This document shows positions 7,203 to 10,126 of a stretch of DNA of 10,126 bases, in pieces; within the stretch, counting starts at the first letter, position 1; each line of letters begins with the position of its first letter. A model generated the notes under the pieces. The model was not told where the DNA came from, did no database searches, and was given only the letters and a program-made list of their open reading frames with translations. A program made the translations under genes and the position numbers. This DNA is from a plasmid. Location: sequence record NZ_CP071297.1; one strand, written 5' to 3'.

Positions 7203-7731
7203 AAACTACAAAACCATAAAGGAACTTGCGGACGAGTTAGGAGTTATAAAGCAGACAATACAATATCACGTAAAGTTTTTGCCGACTAAAAATCGACTAA
7301 AAAACTCTAGTGGTGCTATTGTCTTAAACCTTGAAGAACAAAGGTTTATAAAAAATAGGCTAACTAAAAATCGACCAAAAATCGACCAAAAATCGACTAA
7401 AGAACCGACTAAAAATCGACCAAAAAAAGATAAAGAAATATCTATAAATAATGTTTTACTGGAGCAACTAAAAACAAAAGACGAACAAATAAAAAGTTTA
7501 GTGGAAGCACAAAAACAAACTCAAAACCTCTTAGACCAACAGCAACGCCTAGCATTGCAGGATAAAAAGTTACTTGATGAGTATAAGTCAGAAATCAATG
7601 ACTTAAAAGCTCTTAAAATGCCTACACAAGATACAAAAGTGGAGCAAGTGAGTAGCAAACAACCACAGGAAGTAGAAAGCGTGGCAGAAGAACCAAGGAA
7701 AGCACCTAGAAAGTGGTGGAAGTTATGGTAA
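7195..7731 (+). CDS. Replication-associated HTH protein (orfX/RepX-like), 178 aa, with a basic TKNRPK repeat region and a C-terminal coiled coil
   Basis: Its ATG at 7195 overlaps the repB stop, indicating translational coupling. An N-terminal HTH is present (KELADELGVIKQTIQYHV). This gene position is typical of lactococcal and enterococcal Rep_3 plasmids. Confidence 0.6.
   Translation: MNENYKTIKELADELGVIKQTIQYHVKFLPTKNRLKNSSGAIVLNLEEQRFIKNRLTKNRPKIDQKSTKEPTKNRPKKDKEISINNVLLEQLKTKDEQIKSLVEAQKQTQNLLDQQQRLALQDKKLLDEYKSEINDLKALKMPTQDTKVEQVSSKQPQEVESVAEEPRKAPRKWWKLW
7364..7430. repeat. 11-bp tandem DNA repeat (C[T/C]AAAAATCGA) in 5-6 copies inside orfX; two more copies at 7284..7305
   Basis: The copies read CTAAAAATCGA, CCAAAAATCGA, CCAAAAATCGA, CTAAAGAACCGA, CTAAAAATCGA and CCAAAAAAAGA. 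At the protein level this gives TKNRPK every 11 aa. An 11-bp period corresponds to one helical turn. Confidence 0.75.
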
Positions 7732-7958
7732 AAAAATTAGTAGCATTTATGCGTGATGAAAATAATGAAGATTTTTTTTGTGAAGGCTTTTACCATACCA
7801 TACTATTTGTGATAGTTTATGTTCTGTATCTAACTTATAAGGAATCAGCAATCGGCAATAGTAATTACATTTTCTTATTTTTCTTTGTCTTAACTAGCTA
7901 TGCTTTAATCAAATACTTTCTAAGTTGCAAGCAAAAATTTGCACCTATAACTAAATAA
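7713..7958 (+). CDS. Small hydrophobic protein with two predicted TM helices (81 aa; alternative start at 7725)
   Basis: The ORF overlaps the orfX stop. Hydrophobic stretches are ILFVIVYVLYL and IFLFFFVLTSYALIKYF. It ends at the exact base (7958) where the reconstructed CPBP reading frame opens. Confidence 0.4.
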   Translation: MVEVMVKKLVAFMRDENNEDFFCEGFYHTILFVIVYVLYLTYKESAIGNSNYIFLFFFVLTSYALIKYFLSCKQKFAPITK

Positions 7959-7990
7959 TAAATACAGGGATTTGGTTAGCTGTAACTAAT

Positions 7991-8059
7991 ATGATGATGT
8001 TTTTTTATGGGAAAATAGAGATACTTAATCAACAGTTGCTAGATAAACAAATAACAGAC
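7991..8059 (+). pseudogene. 5' fragment (23 codons: MMMFFYGKIEILNQQLLDKQITD) of the CPBP gene; its 3' part lies at 1747..2205, and IS copy B separates them
   Basis: Joining 8059 to 1747 gives a continuous in-frame ORF ..KQITD|HPKMLVPQ.. that runs on into the EExxxR, FxxxH and HxxxN motifs. The 8 bp TAACAGAC at 8052..8059 repeat at 1739..1746. Confidence 0.55.
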
Positions 8060-8867
8060 GGTTCTGTTGCAAAGTCTCAAAAAGGTCATTAGTTTTTCAA
8101 GATGATTCTTATTTAAGCAGGGATTCCTAATAGTCCTTTGATTTCTGTACAGACGGAAAAGCCAAAAAGAGACCCTTCTTTTCGGCTTTTTTTATAAATT
8201 CCTCGAATCGCTTCCATGCCTTTAATCGTGGTTGAGGCTGTTCGCAAACTTTGGTAAAATTTGTTTCTTCGCTTAATTGGACGATGGTCTTGTTTAATCA
8301 GATTATTCAGATACTTGATTGTTCGATGTTCTGTTGTTATATACAGTCCATTTTTCTGAAGCTTTCTGAAGGCACTCTTAATAGAGGGTGCTTTATCCGT
8401 TACTAGAACCTTTGGTTCTCCAAACTGGTTCTTCAGTCGTTTTAGAAAAGCATACGCAGCCTGTGTGTCGCGCTTTTTCCGTAACCAGATATCTAAGGTT
8501 AAGCCATCTACATCGATAGCGCGATATAAATAATGCCACTTTCCTTTAATTTTGATATAAGTCTCGTCCATTTTCCATGAATAAAAGGACTGTTTGTTTT
8601 TCTTTTTCCAAATTTGATAAAGAATCTTTCCGTATTCTTGCACCCAACGGTAAATTGTGGTGTGACAAACGTGAATTCCTCGGTCATACAGAATTTCCTG
8701 CACTTCACGATAACTCAGGTTGTACCGAAGATAGTAGCCGACGGCTACGATAATCACGTCTTTTTGAAATTGTTTTCCTTTGAACTGAGTCATCTTCATT
8801 CCTCCAAGCTATCTTTTTCAATTATTTTACCTCAAAATGAGCTTATCGGAAACTTTGCAACAGAACC
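8060..8867 (-). mobile_element. IS6-family IS1216/ISS1-like insertion sequence, copy B (808 bp), in direct orientation with copy A
   Basis: Inverted repeats GGTTCTGTTGCAAAGT at 8060..8075 and AAACTTTGCAACAGAACC at 8850..8867. The transposase ORF is identical to copy A. Confidence 0.9.
8113..8799 (-). CDS. IS6-family transposase (IS1216-like), 228 aa
   Basis: Protein identical to the ORF at 984..1670. Confidence 0.93.
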   Translation of the reverse strand: MKMTQFKGKQFQKDVIIVAVGYYLRYNLSYREVQEILYDRGIHVCHTTIYRWVQEYGKILYQIWKKKNKQSFYSWKMDETYIKIKGKWHYLYRAIDVDGLTLDIWLRKKRDTQAAYAFLKRLKNQFGEPKVLVTDKAPSIKSAFRKLQKNGLYITTEHRTIKYLNNLIKQDHRPIKRRNKFYQSLRTASTTIKGMEAIRGIYKKSRKEGSLFGFSVCTEIKGLLGIPA

Positions 8868-9102
8868 CAGCAAATAAAGACCTTTCGTTTGAAGTATGTA
8901 TTTCTTGCAGCCAAAATCATTAAAACCGCAAGAACTGTAATTATGAATTTGTCAGAAAACTATCCGTACAAGGAAGTGTATGAAAAATGTCTGGTATAAT
9001 AAAGATATCATCTTGAAAATCGAGTGTTGCTCTGTGGATAACTTGCAGGGTTTAATAAGTATCTTTACTCAAAAGTTGCAATCAATAATTTATTGAAAAA
9101 GA

Positions 9103-9132
9103 TTGAAAGGTGGTGGTAAATAATGTTACAAT
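9103..9132 (+). promoter_or_regulatory. Putative sigma-A promoter: TTGAAA, 18-nt spacer, TGtTACAAT (TG-extended -10)
   Basis: -35 at 9103..9108 and -10 TACAAT at 9127..9132 with TG at 9124..9125. It lies about 120 nt upstream of the PNPOx-family gene. Confidence 0.35.
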
Positions 9133-9250
9133 GTGGGAGTATCAGTTTAAATTCTTCGTGAAATAGTGTTCTTTTAAGCTAATAAAAAATGCACGTGGAA
9201 TTTAGGTCAAAGAAAAGTAAAGAAAAATTTATTTATGGAGGTAAAAAAGG

Positions 9251-9643
9251 ATGAGTCAAGTTGTTGATTTTTTAAATGAAGCAAAAACTTTTTATTTTGC
9301 AACCGTTGAAGGAGACCAGCCAAGGGTCAGACCGTTTAATGCAGCCATGGAGAGGAATGGCAAGGTCTATCTTGGTACAACCAATCAGAAAAAAGTTTAT
9401 CAGCAGTTATTGGCAAATTCAAAGGTGGAAGTCTCAGGTATGGCAAAAGGAAAATGGATTCGGCTCACCGGCGAAGCCGTAATTGATGATACCGTGGAAG
9501 CAAGGGAAGCAATGCTTGAAGCAAATCCGCCTTTGAGAGATTGGTATAGCGCTGATGATGGGAAATTCACCGTATTTTATTTGAAAAACATGCAGGCAGT
9601 TTTATATTCCTTTACAGGAGATCCGGAGATATTAGATAATTAA
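9251..9643 (+). CDS. Pyridoxamine 5'-phosphate oxidase (PNPOx)-like FMN-binding split-barrel family protein, 130 aa
   Basis: RBS GGAGGT at 9236..9241. ..TFYFATVEGDQPRVRPFNAAMERNGKVYLGTTNQKKVYQQL..VEVSG.. fits the small PNPOx-like / general stress protein 26 fold family. Confidence 0.7.
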   Translation: MSQVVDFLNEAKTFYFATVEGDQPRVRPFNAAMERNGKVYLGTTNQKKVYQQLLANSKVEVSGMAKGKWIRLTGEAVIDDTVEAREAMLEANPPLRDWYSADDGKFTVFYLKNMQAVLYSFTGDPEILDN

Positions 9644-9669
9644 TCAAAACATGCAGCCCAAGTGTAGAA

Positions 9670-9715
9670 TGAACTGACCCCCATAAGTTAGACCAAAAAT
9701 CTAACTTATGGGAGG
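9670..9715 (+). other. Probable left terminus (TGAACTGACCCCC..) of an IS3-family element, with a 13-bp perfect hairpin whose 3' arm contains the orfA Shine-Dalgarno
   Basis: The element begins TG.., as IS3-family ends do. The stem CCCATAAGTTAGA (9680..9692), loop CCAAAAA, and arm TCTAACTTATGGG (9700..9712) are followed by AGG and then ATG at 9725. Confidence 0.4.
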
Positions 9716-9724
9716 TCATTTTTT

Positions 9725-10126
9725 ATGGCAAAATACAGTTATGAATTTAAGTTACAAGTTGTTCAAGCATATTTAGATGGAGAAGGCGGTTATAGATATC
9801 TTTCAAAAAAATATGGAGTACCTTCAAAAAGGGATATTGAAAAATGGGTATTTGCATATAAAGCGTTTGGAAAAGATGGTTTGATGCGATCAAGAAAAAA
9901 TGAAAGTTACTCTTTCGAATTTAAGCTTCATGTAGTAGAGTTATATTTAACAACAGAAGTTTCATATCAGGAGTTAGCTTTATCTGTAGGGATAAATAAT
10001 CCACCTCTAATTGCCAGGTGGGTAAACGATCATAGAATTGCTGGTCCTGATGCTTTGAAAGTAAAGAGTAAAGGACGGCAAAAGAAATTGAATAAAGCAA
10101 AAGATAAATCTCCATTATTGAATGAT
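9725..10126 (+). CDS. IS3-family (IS150 group) transposase OrfA, N-terminal 134 codons; it continues beyond the window, which is why the ORF track omits it
   Basis: MAKYSYEFKLQVVQAYLDGEGGYRYLSKKYGVPSKRDIEKWVFAYKAFGKDGL..SFEFKLHVVELYLTTEVSYQELALSVGINNPPLIARWVNDHR.. shows the duplicated HTH modules characteristic of IS150-type OrfA. There is no stop before the window ends. Confidence 0.7.
   Translation, partial: MAKYSYEFKLQVVQAYLDGEGGYRYLSKKYGVPSKRDIEKWVFAYKAFGKDGLMRSRKNESYSFEFKLHVVELYLTTEVSYQELALSVGINNPPLIARWVNDHRIAGPDALKVKSKGRQKKLNKAKDKSPLLND

Noticed and set aside
930-8910. Direct rejoining of the truncated prim-pol ORF (ending 930) with sequence after copy B (8868..)
   Set aside because: The frame stays open 43 codons after a direct join, but the added peptide shows none of the expected downstream AEP motifs. 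The outer 8-mers TCCGTTAC and CAGCAAAT do not match each other as a TSD would. I treated the join as coincidental or inconclusive.
9276-9482. 68-aa plus-strand ORF in an alternative frame of the PNPOx-like gene
   Set aside because: It is nested out of frame inside a gene with a good RBS and family-like sequence.

Overview
AT-rich (~33% GC) plasmid-like DNA, probably from Lactobacillales (Lactococcus/Enterococcus type), built largely from mobile elements. Two identical 808-bp IS6-family (IS1216/ISS1-like) copies in direct orientation (931..1738 and 8060..8867) bracket a complete small mobilisable theta-replicon module. That module carries a split CPBP/Abi-type membrane protease gene, a serine resolvase, an acidic orphan ORF, an oriT-like region with mobC and a mobA relaxase, a pCI305-type origin (AT-rich tract plus 3.5 x 22-bp iterons), a Rep_3 repB, and an HTH orfX with internal 11-bp tandem repeats. 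The 8 bp just inside both IS copies are identical (TAACAGAC), and the CPBP gene is circularly permuted around the IS. The inter-IS segment plus one IS therefore behaves as a circle, i.e. a small plasmid or translocatable unit captured by IS-mediated cointegration. The outer flanks hold an IS3-family (IS150-group) remnant, two 93-bp tandem repeats that each carry a consensus promoter, an AEP/prim-pol-like rep gene truncated by the IS, a PNPOx-family gene, and the left end plus orfA of another IS3-family element. No CRISPR array, rRNA or tRNA is apparent. No single clear-cut novel system was identified; the points most worth a second look are the cointegrate signature, the disrupted CPBP locus, the acidic orphan ORF, the 11-bp repeats inside orfX, and the unexplained 360-bp region between mobA and the origin.
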